From Ramazzottius varieornatus (taxonomy: Eukaryota; Animalia; Tardigrada): a stretch of DNA of 64,000 bases. Shown here piece by piece: positions 12,386 through 25,700 of this stretch. The stretch spans positions 3,345,826 through 3,409,825 of the forward strand of contig BDGG01000002.1 in assembly GCA_001949185.1 (NCBI GenBank), given 5' to 3'. A model generated the notes under the pieces. That model was not told the origin of the DNA and did no database searches. It saw only the letters and a program-made list of their open reading frames with translations. A program made the position numbers and the translations under genes. Each line of letters opens with the position of its first letter. Positions within the stretch are counted from its first letter, which is position 1.

Positions 12386-13486
12386 AAGAGGCTTTGGAAA
12401 CCAGATTTCCCACCGTACTCTTTCAATTTAGGTAAAACTTCTCAAGTGGTGCACGCTACCAGTAACTATTACTAGAAACGTGCGCGTATTGATACTCGAC
12501 AAGATCGTTTTCCCAAGTGACGCACGCTTCTGTCCAATCAAACTGAAATATACGCTACTTAAGACAATAATCAGTCGCAACATCGCATATCTGACACCGA
12601 AAGTAGAAATGAAGTGTGTACGCGGTAGGTGTACATTGGCATCTGCCTGGATTCCTATGGAGAATCAGAACGGCTGAAACTTTGCCCACTCTCCCTCGGT
12701 CGCCTCATGGCGGTCAACGCGATCAGCTGATTTTGACCGAGCTAGGCAGCCAATATTGCCACCTGCAGAACTTGACTGGGCGAAGTATTCACGCAAGCGA
12801 AGTAAGGCCTCGCTCCTCGTACACGTACAATATGAAATTATGGCCTGATTCAGCGATGGACGGATTATTTTCTCGGCCTAATATCAAGACTTTCCCAGCT
12901 GTCACGAACGACCTGCCATGAACTGTTTAGAAAGGCCGATTCTGCCATCCGTGCGTAGATTCTACTCTACCGAAGTGGAGGTTGGGTGCTCGCAGAATAT
13001 TCGGTTCGCTTTTTCGATGATCTGTTCTTGGGTGCACAGTAGAATAATACTTCGATCGAGATAGTTGAATGGGGGAATTATTTCTTTCGTTTCAACAGTG
13101 CATAACAATATCCCATTTGAAATTCGATGAATAACGCGATATGCCAATCGCTTGAATGAGCCACCCAATCTCCCTCGCCAGCTTTTAACAAAAACCTGTT
13201 CTACCGAAGCCGTGGGCGGGACTGTTGCGTTGTCTGGTTTATTGCTTCTCAATGCTCTAAGCACTCGGTGAATGGTGAGCCGTTCCCTGTTTTCAGTAAT
13301 TCGCTGAGAAAATCATCCGTCCATCGCTGCTTTAGTGAAAGAGAATTTCGGAGAAAGTTACCGCCAGAACAACTCCGGTCAGTCTGATCGATTGACTGTA
13401 GTCGACCAGTTCTGTTTTGCAGGTTCTCAGGAGAGGTGCTGGTAGCTGACGGAAGGGCTGAGCCTCTAAAGACTCCATTCTTCACG

Positions 13487-16339
13487 ATGAAGTACGTGCT
13501 GGTTACTGGCGGGGTTATCAGCGGAGTGGGCAAAGGAGTTATCTCCAGCAGCATCGGAGCCCTTCTTCGCGCTTCCGGCTTACGTGTTACTGCCATAAAG
13601 ATTGACCCGTATTTGAATATCGATGCCGGAACATTTTCTCCATTGGAACATGGTGAGTAATTTGAGTGATTTGCTCACCAATTTCCTATTAATTTTCACA
13701 GAAGTATAACTGTTGAAATAAAACTGTTTATTATGTAAGAATTGCTCAATAAACTATAACATGTGTTTCTCCATTGATTGTTGATTGGTTCTGATGGCTT
13801 TTGTAGGTGAAGTGTTTGTGCTCGACGACGGCGGTGAAGTGGACCTTGACTTGGGTAATTATGAACGCTTTATGGATGTCGACTTGACGAGGGAGAATAA
13901 TATCACCAGCGGCAAAATTAACCAGACCATCACCGAAAAAGAACGTCGCGGAGATTACCTGGGCAAAACCGTCCAAGTCGTTCCACACATGACCAACCTC
14001 ATCCAAGAATGGATTCAACGGGTTGCCCAAATACCTGTTCGGGATGCAGATGGTTCGCTTCATAAACCTGATGTCTGTGTCATCGAGGTACATGTTGCAA
14101 AAACTCTGGAGCTTCAGATGTGCGAGTTTTGGAGATAATATCCGAGGAGGCGGCAACCGAAACGTACAAAATCGTGACATCAGGTTGCGCACGTTTTCAT
14201 TGTTAATGGCTGAGAGGGTGCGCCACTTGCAATAAACATCTTGTACGTTTCGTCTTCCAGCCTCCCATTTCGTGTAGAAATCTTCAGTGAGCAGACTTGT
14301 GCTGTGTTCTTTCCAGCTGGGAGGCACTGTGGGCGACATCGAAAGCATGGCCTTCGCTGAGGCTCTCCGTCAACTTCATTTCCGTGTCAAGAAGGAAAAC
14401 TTCGTCGTTGTGCATGTCAGTTTGGTCTTGAGAGTCACCGCAAATGGAGAAGACAAGACAAAGCCGACCCAAGCTAGCGTTAGGCAGCTGAGAAGCGTCG
14501 GGCTGTTACCTGATCTGCTGTTCTGCCGAAGTCAGAACCGCCTTGACGAAAGCATCCGCGAAAAACTTGTGTGGTCCTGTGACGTCGAATCGAAAAATGT
14601 ATGTGGACTACTCAGGAAAATGGCTTTCTGCCCAAAGTGGAGTTACGCAGTTTTTCTTGCAGATAATTTACGTTGAGGATTGTCCGTCAATTTACTTCGT
14701 TCCACGGCTTCTGCAACAGCAGGATTTGGTAGGATCTCTCTCCAGGCTGCTGGATTTGGGGAGCCGACTCAGGCCGAGAAACGACGCTAACCAGGACAGA
14801 TGGACGGATTTAGCTGAGAAGTCAGTTTTGAAAACATTTTTCTGCATTACTTCATGTCGAATGAGCAACAAGTAACATTGAGTGAATGTCTTTCACAGAA
14901 TCACAAGGATTGAGACGCAGGGCAAAACCGTGAGGATTGCGCTGGTCGGAAAGTATACCAAGTGTAAAGACTCTTACCTGTCAGTCCACGAAAGTCTGAC
15001 CCACGCAGCCTGGCTTTGTCGACGCAAGTTAATTGTCGAGGTACGTTTCATTTCGGCTTGTTATTGATCAAAAGTTCATATTCGCCGTGAACCTGAAAAT
15101 CGCTTCGATTGTAGTATATCGACGCAACTGAACTGGAAGAAGAATTCAAGAAAGCTGAACCGGCGAAATATCACGCTGCATGGAAAAGATATTCGGAGAG
15201 CGAGTAAGCACCGAAAATAATCAGCACTTTGACTTGTGGATTTTTGACTGGTCTTGTTTAGTGGGGTCATCGTACCTGGTGGCTTCGGTACACGCGGTAT
15301 TGAAGGAAAAATTGCGGCGATCTCAGAGGCCCGAAAACGACGGAAACCTTTTTTGGGTACGTGTCGATTCCTTTCGCGGAAAAATTCTGGGGTGTTTGGG
15401 TAACAGTTTTTCGTAGTTACTTTTTTTTTGCAGGAATCTGTTTGGGATATCAGTGTGCTGTGATAGAGTTCGCTCGAAACGTGCTGCAGTTGGAAGGCGC
15501 AAATTCGTTTGAAATCAACCCTCAGTCCCCTCATCCCGTCGTAAGTTTTATTTGCGAACGTAATTTCGTAACTGTCTGTGGCTAATCAGCTGTTGTTTGA
15601 GTCGACGGTATCAAGATAGTGACGGCATCATTCTTTCGCAGATCATTGAAATGCCCGAGCACAACACTGGGTTTTACGGCGGAACGATGCGGCTTGGGAA
15701 ACGGACCACTGTAATGAGCAGAGATAATTCGATAATCCGTAAGTTCATCGTAGACAATTGTTCAATGGCATAATTATATCATAAACTAATTATCAAGGAC
15801 CTGTTCTTGAATATGAAGTCACCGGGTTCTCGGAAGCTGGAGCAGAACTGAAATATCACTTGTTTCTCAAAAGTAATGCCTTTTGTTTTGTAGGAAAATT
15901 GTACGGAGACGCCGATACCGTTGAAGAGCGTCACCGCCACCGCTACGAAGTCAACCCAGCCTACATCGACCAGCTCGACAAAGCCGGCATGCGCTTTGTC
16001 GGTCGAGACGACACCGGAAAGCGCATGGAGATTATGGAACTGGACAAGTTTTTCCTCGACGGCACCACCGTCTCCCATCCCTACTTCGTGGGTGTGCAGT
16101 TTCACCCCGAATACCTTTCACGCCCTCTCAAGCCTTCTCCTCCATACGTCGGTCTACTTCTCGCCGCGTCAGGCAAGCTGGACGACTTCTTGAAGCAAAG
16201 TCCCGAGATGCGGACTGTCAGTTCGATCTGCGAGATGGATTCACCTCCATTGACTGACGATGAAGAGGCCTTCAAGATGGAACCTATTCCCGACAATGTT
16301 GCCCGTATGCATGGCGGTGGCGATGCCGGCTTAAATTAG
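13487..16339 (+). CDS. CTPS: CTP synthase (about 10 exons)
   Basis: [17 protein letters not shown]; [40 protein letters not shown]; GGTVGDIES; KTKPTQ; VGKYT; PGGFG; GICLG; [11 protein letters not shown]; [16 protein letters not shown]. Joined by GT-AG introns; stop at 16339. Confidence 0.98.
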
Positions 16340-16621
16340 TAATACTTCGTGCTTTTTAGTTCTAGTGCCTTTTCGATATCGAAGCGCTTCCACATTCTCA
16401 TGATAGAAACTCTAACTTATCCTGTTTGATGTGCATTTTCGCTTTGGTGCGTTGGTTCACTTCTTTGACTGGCTTGATCGCGGTATTTATTCTGGACTTA
16501 CACTGTTGTTTTTAGTTTTATTTCAGGTAGATGGCTAGAAGGTCTCCAGGTATCTCACGCTCGTGCCAGAGGTTATAAAATCCGTACTCCCTGCTGCGCG
16601 TTTTCTGCCGCGACAAGAAAT

Positions 16622-16857
16622 AAAACTAGCCAGTGGTTCTGACCACTGGGAAGGCCGAGCAAATGAGGCAAAAGATTATAGGCCATACATTTCTACTGCG
16701 TTACGTTGCACTTGCGAGTAAAAAATGTCTGTGACCCGGATCAAGCTACGCATTTGTTTTCACTAGAGTTTGCGATATGTGAAAGCTCGAAGAATCTGAT
16801 CGTCCATTGAAATCTCGACAGACTTAAAAGGGCCTCGCTTCGCTCGGCCTGATTATT
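16622..16857 (-). mobile_element. Non-autonomous Helentron/Helitron-like element (HINE/DINE-1 architecture)
   Basis: On the minus strand: 5' AGGCCGAGCGAAGCGAGGC with an imperfect inverted copy at 16652-16669 (subterminal IR), then an 8-bp hairpin CCAGTGGT/ACCACTGG (16630-16649) and CTAG followed by a T run. Confidence 0.6.
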
Positions 16858-18195
16858 TGCCTCGTACCGTAGTGTAGGTGACAGCAGCTGGATCCTTTGC
16901 TTGATCAGTCTCGTCACTAGAAAGTCGTAGTTTTACCGCTTTCTTCTGTATCTACTTGGATTCGGCCTGTTTTCACTTGAAAGCAGTTGAAAGCAGCCCT
17001 AGATCTTCTGAAACCTACTGTGAAACGAGTGGGACTTTACCAGCAGTCTATCATCGTTAGCAGTCAGAGACCGCAAGCACATCTAATCGAGCAGCCATTT
17101 TGCAGCTGGTCTTGAACATCATTATTATATATATTCATGTTCCGGAACTAACTTAGCGAACAGTAAGTCAACGAAGTCAAGGAATTCTCTCTCGAGCTTC
17201 CATTTCAAATCGCAACCGTCCACGTCTCCACGATATCCGGCTTGGCCGCGATTCCTTGCGAGTGTTCTATTCTGAGGCGCAACTTGCCAGTGTCACCTGC
17301 ACTTTCAGCGGATCCAACCCTTCCGACGTCCGGGCCTTCTTCCATCCGGTCTCCGTCCGAGCCTGCGAGCTCCCGTTTGTTGAAAAGCTAAATAACTCGG
17401 CTGTCCGGAAAATCGATTTCGTCTGGAACCAGGATGCTAAGCTGGGCTGGAGTGGAAGCAGTGGAAGGTAAGAGCACAGCCATTATGATAATAAAAATCG
17501 GTGGATTCGTTCTTCCTTGTTTCCGGAGCAAGTTTGGCTTGTGCCTTGGAGATGAGGTTGAATTTAATGCAGGCCTTCCGTTTGCAGATCTTTCAAGGAC
17601 GTAGTGTTTGGCTTAACTCATCCCCAAGAGAAGGCACCGCAGGAATTAATATGCATTAACTAGCGTGTTCTTTACTGAACGAACGCGGAAGTGACTTTGC
17701 CGGAATGGAGGCACTCGTAATTCGGATGCGACGCGAATCCGAATGCCCCCTTCATTGAGCAGGGAATCATACGGAGAACAGTGGGGATATTGCGAAGTGA
17801 ATCCTAATACTACATTCTCTTCCATATAAGGGAACCGCTGTGCTTGATGCGGAGTTTAAGTGACCTCGCAATCCGGCATTCAAATCGATGAGCTGACAAG
17901 GGTGCACACGGAAATAGTAATTAATCAACTAAGTAAGGTACTTAAAGATATGAAAGAAAAGGTCAGTCTTCTGGCGCACATGCATGAATAATTCATGTAG
18001 GTTTTCGCGGATCAGGCTAATGACATATTCACTATTGACGTGTAGTCCCGCATGACGCGAACCTAGGGCTAAAGAATTTAGATTTTCCATGTCGATGGTT
18101 TCGCTACGATGTTTTCAGTATGGTGTTCCCTTCAGTTGACCGACTTCAGAAATAAAAACCCGCACCGCACCGTTTTTTCGTCTCAGGAATCAGCC

Positions 18196-19236
18196 ATGAA
18201 CGCATCCATTTTCCAAAATCAAACAAATCAGACAAATGTGTTTCGGCCGAGCATTCCTCCTAACCCGCTAGCCACTCGAATCTTTTGCACTATCTGTTTA
18301 ACAGAAGCCGGCGTTCTGGCGCTCGGCTCCATTGTCCCTCTCCTTGCTTTCGTCAAAGAGCACCGTCTCCGCACCGGCTTCAACTATCTGTTGATCAGCT
18401 ATCTCCTGGTGAACCTAATTTTTTCCGTATTCCTTATGCTTCTGGCTTGGGACTTTTACTTCGATGGCTGGTTGATGGCACCCGGTTTCTGCGCTCCGTA
18501 TATCTCTTCAGTATTCCTCGCCTCGTTCTTGACAGGCTGGATCCAAGTTCTCATTACCACCAACCGTTTGTGGGCTTTGTTCTTTCCTCATCACTACCGC
18601 ACCCGTCACAACAAGCGATCCTCCGGCATATGCTGCGTCTCTGCCTGGCTGATAGCCGTATCTCTTGTATTACCTTACTGTATCCTTTTATATTTAGAAC
18701 TACAGGCTCTCCCGAACGGTAGGTGCTTCGGAAAACAAATGAGGCTTCTACCGAAATTCACCAGCTTCTTTTGGAACTTCGCTGATGTACCCCCCGTTCT
18801 CATCCTGGTGGTTTATCCTTTCTTGCTGAAGAAGTATCTGTCCAGACGCCGAACCCGAACGCCTCCGCCTCCCTCGAGCTCAGTGCAAAATCGCAATACT
18901 TCGACCAGACCTGTTAAGGACAACATGGCTAGTAGTTCAGGTGAACGTCAGGGCGGAGAGGTGCGAACGCTGGAAGCTGTATTGCGCAGCAAGGTCAAGT
19001 TCCTGGTTCTGACGTGGGTGGTTGTATGCATCGTCTGCTTTTGGTCACCGCTCCTGATTTTCAGCCTCATTCAAAACCTGAAGGGAAACAGCATGGTCAA
19101 AGGAAATGAATTCATCACGATGGCTCTTGTTTTCAACTGGATGCTCATATGTCAGTGCGTGGAGCCATGGATATTCGTGCTGACGATCCCGCTACTGAGA
19201 CAAACGGTCCGAAGGCTACTCTGCGGCACCAGATAA
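18196..19236 (+). CDS. Intronless rhodopsin-like (class A) GPCR, orphan
   Basis: 346-aa ORF with N-terminal N-glycosylation sites and seven hydrophobic segments; LRTGFNYLL (TM2), W..APGFC (ECL1), TNRLWA (DRY position), CFWSP (TM6), VEPWIF (TM7). Confidence 0.92.
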   Translation: MNASIFQNQTNQTNVFRPSIPPNPLATRIFCTICLTEAGVLALGSIVPLLAFVKEHRLRTGFNYLLISYLLVNLIFSVFLMLLAWDFYFDGWLMAPGFCAPYISSVFLASFLTGWIQVLITTNRLWALFFPHHYRTRHNKRSSGICCVSAWLIAVSLVLPYCILLYLELQALPNGRCFGKQMRLLPKFTSFFWNFADVPPVLILVVYPFLLKKYLSRRRTRTPPPPSSSVQNRNTSTRPVKDNMASSSGERQGGEVRTLEAVLRSKVKFLVLTWVVVCIVCFWSPLLIFSLIQNLKGNSMVKGNEFITMALVFNWMLICQCVEPWIFVLTIPLLRQTVRRLLCGTR

Positions 19237-19711
19237 AGCGCACGAGTAGCTCCAATACCGTCTCCATGTGTCTTAGCACTCTGTGTACGACCGTCCTCTT
19301 TAAATTTGTGTATACAATCACTCAGTTTTATTCACCTCCCAGTTTTAGCTTTTGGTCTTTCGGGTCTGGGTCTTTTTGTTTGCACGTACCTTGGTCTTTT
19401 CATCAAAGCAACACTAATGACCAGCGGTCAGCAAAACCTTAGCACGCTGGAAATTTTTTCTACGGTTTCGGGTGAAATTTGGTGTTTCGTCTCTTCGCGC
19501 GAGACCCGTGCACGGTATTCGCTTAGGAAAAAAACTGGAGCACTGGGGACAGTCTTATCTATCGAAGCCAAGCCTGGGATAAATTTTGTAGTCATCAGTG
19601 CGGTCATTCACACGATTTTAGAGTTCAGTATTACAACTGCCGTCGGTTTCGTAGGTCAAAACCCGATCCTTTACGGGTTCTCAATTCTTACATACCGTGC
19701 GTGTACATACC

Positions 19712-19876
19712 GTACACGCACCTGACCCAAATGTGGGCATAGACAAAACTGTGGGCCACGGAGCGAAAGCGGTGCTGATCCGATTGATTTTGTTTATTGG
19801 TGGCTTCTGTTGGCCGTGCCGCATTCGCTCCGTGGCCTATTTTTGTCCATGCTCACATTTAGGTCAGCTGCGTGTG
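19712..19876. mobile_element. Palindromic MITE; same family as 38534-38697
   Basis: ACACGCACCTGACCCAAATGTGGGCATAGACAAAA...TTTTGTCCATGCTCACATTTAGGTCAGCTGCGTGT foldback; a second copy lies in the window. Confidence 0.75.
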
Positions 19877-21697
19877 GCTCAACAATCTTCGTTATGGTTT
19901 TCCGAATATTGCCTTTACACAACACCAGCGGCTGGTGGAAGCATGAAAGGCTTGTGGAATGTCCTGCAGTGATCTCTTTAGTTTTAGTTTCGTCTTTAAT
20001 TGCAGTTTCGGTCCGGAAGCAAGTAATTCAGATCCGAGCTGCGAAGTTTCAGTTCAAGCAATTCAGTTTTAGTCTCGACCTTTCTAGTTTCAGTCTTCTC
20101 AAAACCATTTTACTAGTCTTTCGAATTCGAGTTTTCATCTCAAGATTTATTTTCAGTCTCGACCAATTTAGTTTAGTCATTCCAAAACCATTTTGGTTAT
20201 AATTAGTGGTGCTAAATAACCAGGCGACAACAAGGTAATGAGTTTTACGGCTTTGAAAAGATGATATACAGAACTGGCGCGTGCGAACTGCCACGAACCG
20301 GTAGAGGTAGTAGATTTGGTTTGGTCTGCTCTGAGTTCTCGAGATAGTTTGAGTAAATAACCGCCAAAAACACCGGTATTCTGTGACTGAAAAGTGGAAC
20401 TGCAGTGGCGAAAATCTACCTTCAAAAACTCTTTTTTCCTTCTTTTGGTTCGAGCCTCCCCGTTAAGTGTCCTGAAATCTTCGTTGGTACTTCCACCAGA
20501 GCTCTTTCTCGATTTTGCATCTGTTTGTGGTGATTTTAGATCGGTTCATTGTGAGGTGAAACCGGTCCGACCATTCATACAAAGCATATTCGGCGTTCCG
20601 AAAAATGGGTAGAAAAATCGGAATCGGAATATAGGAATATTAGGAATTCCGTTCCTAAACTGTATACCGTTCCGAGCGTCTCGGGCGCGGAATGCACAAC
20701 CTCAAGACCGGGTCTGGGGAATTCAAAGGAAGCAGGAGCGAAGGTCCTTAGTTTGATTAGAGAATCCGAGAATTCCAGCCTAAAGGTCGGCGTTGGTTCA
20801 AATGCAAGTTGCATGTTATTGGTCGGACTATCATCTCTGGGGACAGCTGAAGTCGACGAACAAGTTCATCTGCTAATGAGTGAAACCGGTCCTTCTTTCG
20901 ATGGATAGATGGATTATGGATGCCCTTTCGTGTCTTCATGACGGCTTTCAACCAAAAAGGTTACGAGGCTCTTGACGAATTGCCTGGACGAGTGGAAGCT
21001 TGTTTTCGAGATCACTTCCATGATTCACGATTGACGGACTGCTGCGGATGAATAAAACCAGCTGCCAACAGCGCACACCCGGCCCACGCCAACTTGCTAC
21101 CTCCTGACCTTTTGATGAGAAAACACCTACATTCCCGTTGATGTTTTCAACTTTCTCCATACAACTTTTCAGGCTGCCTCAGTTAAGCCATAATTCGTTT
21201 TGTTATACTGACATGCAGCCTGACAACTGGACAAGCTCGACTTCCGACGGGAAGCCGAGCTTGTCAAGCTGCGGCCCTATGCAGCGTCATCTCCGGACAA
21301 AGAGAAAAGCCAGCGTAAGAAGTCCACTTGAGACCGGTCCTTTTTACTCCAGCAATTCAAGGTGACGACCATGCAGAGCCACGTCCTATACCATTGCCGG
21401 AGTGAAAAGTACTTTAAACTGCCAATGACGTAGACAAGATTAGTCCGGGTGTGCGTAAAAAGAACGGCCAGAACTTGCAGTTTTAGCTGTCATGTGTCAT
21501 GTCACATCAATCAACACACATTGACCAAGTACCTTCAAACATCCGGGTGTACCTGTAGCCTATGGACGAGTATGCAAGTGAATGATGGGATTGTCTACGG
21601 TTCTCGGTTACTTTCGGGTCCTCTGTAGGCACGGTTCGGCCAATTGAAGTGAAGACAATTCATTTCAGGCAATGGTTCATTTTACCATAACATATAC

Positions 21698-22130
21698 TAG
21701 TGATGTTAGCATGTATGAGTATTACATCAAATTAGAGCTTATTAGATGCTTTTTGCATTATTAGATTATATGCGATATCACACTAAAATTTATTAGATGC
21801 CTCGGCCGAGGTGGGATATTTATCAGTATTAAATTAGATGAGATTATCTTATAGAAGTCAAGCTGCAGGGCGCTCCATATTAAGATCACTAAATTACGAA
21901 TTATGGCTTCAGTTGTTTAAAGTAATACTTGATCTGCGCCCGCAACAAGCATGAGACTGTGCGCAGTGTGCTGTATGCCAGTAGATCTCACGCATCAAGC
22001 ACTTGCGCGTGTGTCACACTCGAACGTTCGAATCTGATGACTTGATTGACGCAGATGATTTGATTGGTGAGTGCAGCACTGCGATTTCTGACTCGAACGT
22101 AGTGAATGACAGCCGTTTGGTTTCTCTTTG
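21698..22130. mobile_element. Partial hAT-type MITE (TAGTGATGTT end), homologous in inverted orientation to ~33380-33705
   Basis: Starts TAGTGATGTTAGCAT; TTATTAGATGCCTCGGCCGAGG...TTAAATTAGATG matches the reverse complement of 33637-33687. Confidence 0.6.
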
Positions 22131-22160
22131 GCTCTTTCTTGATTTCGATAGTTTTCAACA

Positions 22161-22343
22161 TGGTACTGGCTTGATATATCGATACATTACTGCAATAAAA
22201 GTCGATATATCAATACTAAAATATCAGAAACGTATCATATTGAAATATGGATACATGGTTGATATCTAAAACGAAATATAAATATTGAAAGATATTTATC
22301 AGAAAATATCATATCGTATTTTGTCGTATTTATCCCAGCACTA
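22161..22343. mobile_element. Short ATCGAT/GATATC-rich MITE of the TAGTGCTGG family
   Basis: Termini TGGTACTGG...CCAGCACTA and CGATAT repeats, as in 27942-29160 and 56828-57446. No clear TSD. Confidence 0.55.
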
Positions 22344-22728
22344 GTCACCAGTGCTCGATATTCGCCCACGGCAATCAATCAGACGCTTAAACCCGTGTTT
22401 AACGTTTCGGCAAGGCGAAGTACAGCGAGTATAGTACAGCAACTCATTAGTGCTTTTCTCTTGGGTCAACTTGAAGATCCCTAAGGTCTTGGACTTGTGG
22501 ATCGTTTTCGTTTCTAACAAGTATCCTGGAGTCTTTAACTGCCTGAAGGCTCGTCTTGGACAGATCAGAGCGCGTTAGTATGTCCTGTGCTCTATGAAGT
22601 TCCGCCTCAGCATCTAATTGCCCTTCTCTTGTAGAATCGTTCTGAAGACGTCCAGGATCCGTTGTGCGTCGTTTGCAGGTAGATACCTTTGTCACCAGAC
22701 TTGGGATAAGTTTTACTCTGAACTCACT

Positions 22729-25700
22729 ATGGCTGCAGTCGACCGAAATGACAGGAATGGCTACGACAAGGCGGACAAGCCACGCAAGCGTCGCTTCGAG
22801 GTTAGTCAATCAAAAGCGTTCTCTCCATTTGATTCATCGACGTTTCATACTGTTAGATCTGTCCTTCTTCAACCTGATGGTATACTCTGTAGGAGGTGGA
22901 TTCTTCAGCGACGTCCAAGCCTCCTCGTACCTCTGAAGCTGCACCATCGAGCCCTGCCATGGTTGCTCCCAAAGCAGAGACACCACAACAGGAAACGTTC
23001 CAGCAGATGATGCGCAAGATCGAAGAACGAAAGAAACAGATGGTGAAAATAAATTATTCATAGACTCATACGCCAGTGTATCTTCACTGAGATTCCTCTC
23101 ATTGCTGAATATGTTTTATCTTGCAGAATATTTCGACCCCTACAGATCCTTTGCTCGCCAAGAAGGCCGAACTACAGGCCAAGATCAATGGAATGCTGGC
23201 TGGACTTTCCGGTAAGACTTTGTAGCACTTCCGGTTGCATATCTTTCACTTGTTGGAGTTCGCATCCTAGAGTAACTGTCTTATTCGTTTATAGGGAAGG
23301 TTATAACTCCGGGACCAGTCTTGACACCTGGTGTCTCCAGACCGACGCCATTGATCCTGGACGCGGAAGGTCGAACGATCGATCTGAAGACTGGCAAGGC
23401 TGTGACCTTGGAGAGGATAGCGCCGACTCTGAAGGCAAATGTGCGAGACAAGAGGAAGGACGATGTCAAGGTAGAGGCTGAAAAGGTGCGCGAAGAACCG
23501 GTCAAGAACGAGAATGTTCCGGACTTCTTCGATCCTCGGGTGGAAAACAAGGGACCGATGAGGGCGAGGAGGACGTTCAACTTCCACAAACCTGGAGAGT
23601 TCATAAAAGTCGCTGCTATGAATCGATCAGCAGTAAGTTGCCCACGCAGAAACTTTTGTAATTTTTGTTGCTGTAAAAATACCAAGAAAATCTTTGTATA
23701 TACCATTAGAAGATCTGTTTGGAATCTGGGTTGAATCGGGCCAATTTTTTCATCTGGCTTTTCGTGTTTCAGTTATCTGGAAATATGGCTTGTTAAGAAT
23801 GATGATAAGCACTGTCGATTTTCAGATGCAACTGGCACGTCTTCAAGCAGAAATTTCTGATCAAGCCAAGAAGACTGGCATAGTTTCCGCAGCAGCCCTG
23901 GCTCGGATCGCACCAAAGAAGTACGAGGCCGACGCCATTCCCGAGGTCGAGTGGTGGGACGGACCACTGGCGCAGAATCCTGAGATGTTGGATCCTGCCA
24001 CTGATCCGAACTTCGAGGAGAGAATCAAGAGTCAGATTAACTCGTTAATCGAACATCCCGTTCAGCTCGCAGCTCCCAGTAAGTAATTTGGGAGCTTTAG
24101 TTGGTTCTACCGAGATCAACATGTTCGGATCCGGGTAGGACTAGTGTCTGCTGTGTAGCATGAATCGAGTAGGAGTTGTCTTGTACTCGTGCTTCGAGTT
24201 GGTTTCTGCCGTTTTGCCTGACCGAATTACTTTTTCAGTTGACAAAGACAAGACTGTTGCTTTACCGATGATGCTGACCACGAAGGAGCGGAAGAAGCTT
24301 CGACGTCAAGGACGACGGGAGAAGCTGAAAGAGGAACAGGAAAAGCAACGACTTGGCCTGGTTGCCGCTCCTGCCCCAAAAGGTTCGGGACATTCGTTCC
24401 GCATCTGGCGTTTGCTGTTCATTTACAAGTCTTTCGCATGTGTACCTTGACGTCTCGTTTCTGTAATAGTGAAAATGGCGAATCTGATGCGCGTTTTGGG
24501 AAGTGAAGCGGTACAGGATCCGACCAAGGTGGAAGCGACGGTTCGCGCACAGATCGCGAAACGGCGAAAGTAAGTATTCGCTCTCTTGAAGTTTTTTTTA
24601 TTATACCGTAACAAAGCATTTACGCTTAATTCGGAACACTTTTATTTCCAAATAGCTTTTATAAACATCACGTTTTGATTTAGTGAATGTTTTGGGTTCG
24701 GGATTTGTCGTCAAATCCAACTCGGCTTATTGTTTTTCGTGTTTTTCAGGGTGCACGAGACCACAAACGCGCAGAGAAAATTGTCGACTGCTGAGAAACG
24801 ACAAAAGAAAATTCGCAAGATCAAGGAAGACACCAATGAAGAAGTCCACGTAGCGATATACCGTGTGAAGGACTTGAGTCATCCAGCCAAGAAGTACAAA
24901 GTGGAGACCAACGCTAACCAGCTCTTCATGACTGGTATCATCGTCCTGAACAAAGATGTTAATCTGGTGGTCGTCGAAGGCGGTGAGATAAAATATACAC
25001 AGGGGGTTTAATAAGTTTTAAAGCTGCGTTCACCAGAAATTCTGTGGTCGTTCGATCTCAGCAAATTTTTGCAATAAAGTAAAAGCAACTTATGGGCAAT
25101 ACTGCAAAATTAGAGGCTAGGCTGGGAAGTCATTAGTTAAAAAAAACTTGTAAAGTATATGAAGAGAAGTTTTTTTAGGACTCTGCGTTCTAGAAGAAAT
25201 TTTTGCAGCTTCTTCCCCATTGCTCGTTTGAGCTTGACTATGGCCCTGGATCAAAGAGGGATGTCTAGTGACTAGTTTGGGCACTAGGAAGTCAAGGCGG
25301 ACCGCTGCCAAGGCTCGTTAAAAAATTTCATTTTTCCACCAAGTCAAAATGCGCAAGTGAAACGGGGAACAACAAGCTGGTGCGTTACCTGATCACCAGC
25401 CGGATTTTGCAAACTTTTCCGTATCCTCCGCCAGGTTTCCGTTCGTTATGAAAGTTATTTTCACTCTGTATTCCCTTCACGCTCTAGTTACTTTCTGTCG
25501 ATGCGCCAGAAAATCATCTATCCTAGGTGTTCGAGAAACAACATTTCCACCATCGGCGCGGATAACGTAAGGATAACATTACGAAATGCGCGAGCTTGAG
25601 AGGAATATTGAAAAACGACTTTGTGCATCTTTTCAAAAACTTATTTCTCCTCCTGTTCGAGTGCCAGGTACTTCATCTTTTAAGGATGGTGATAAGAAGA

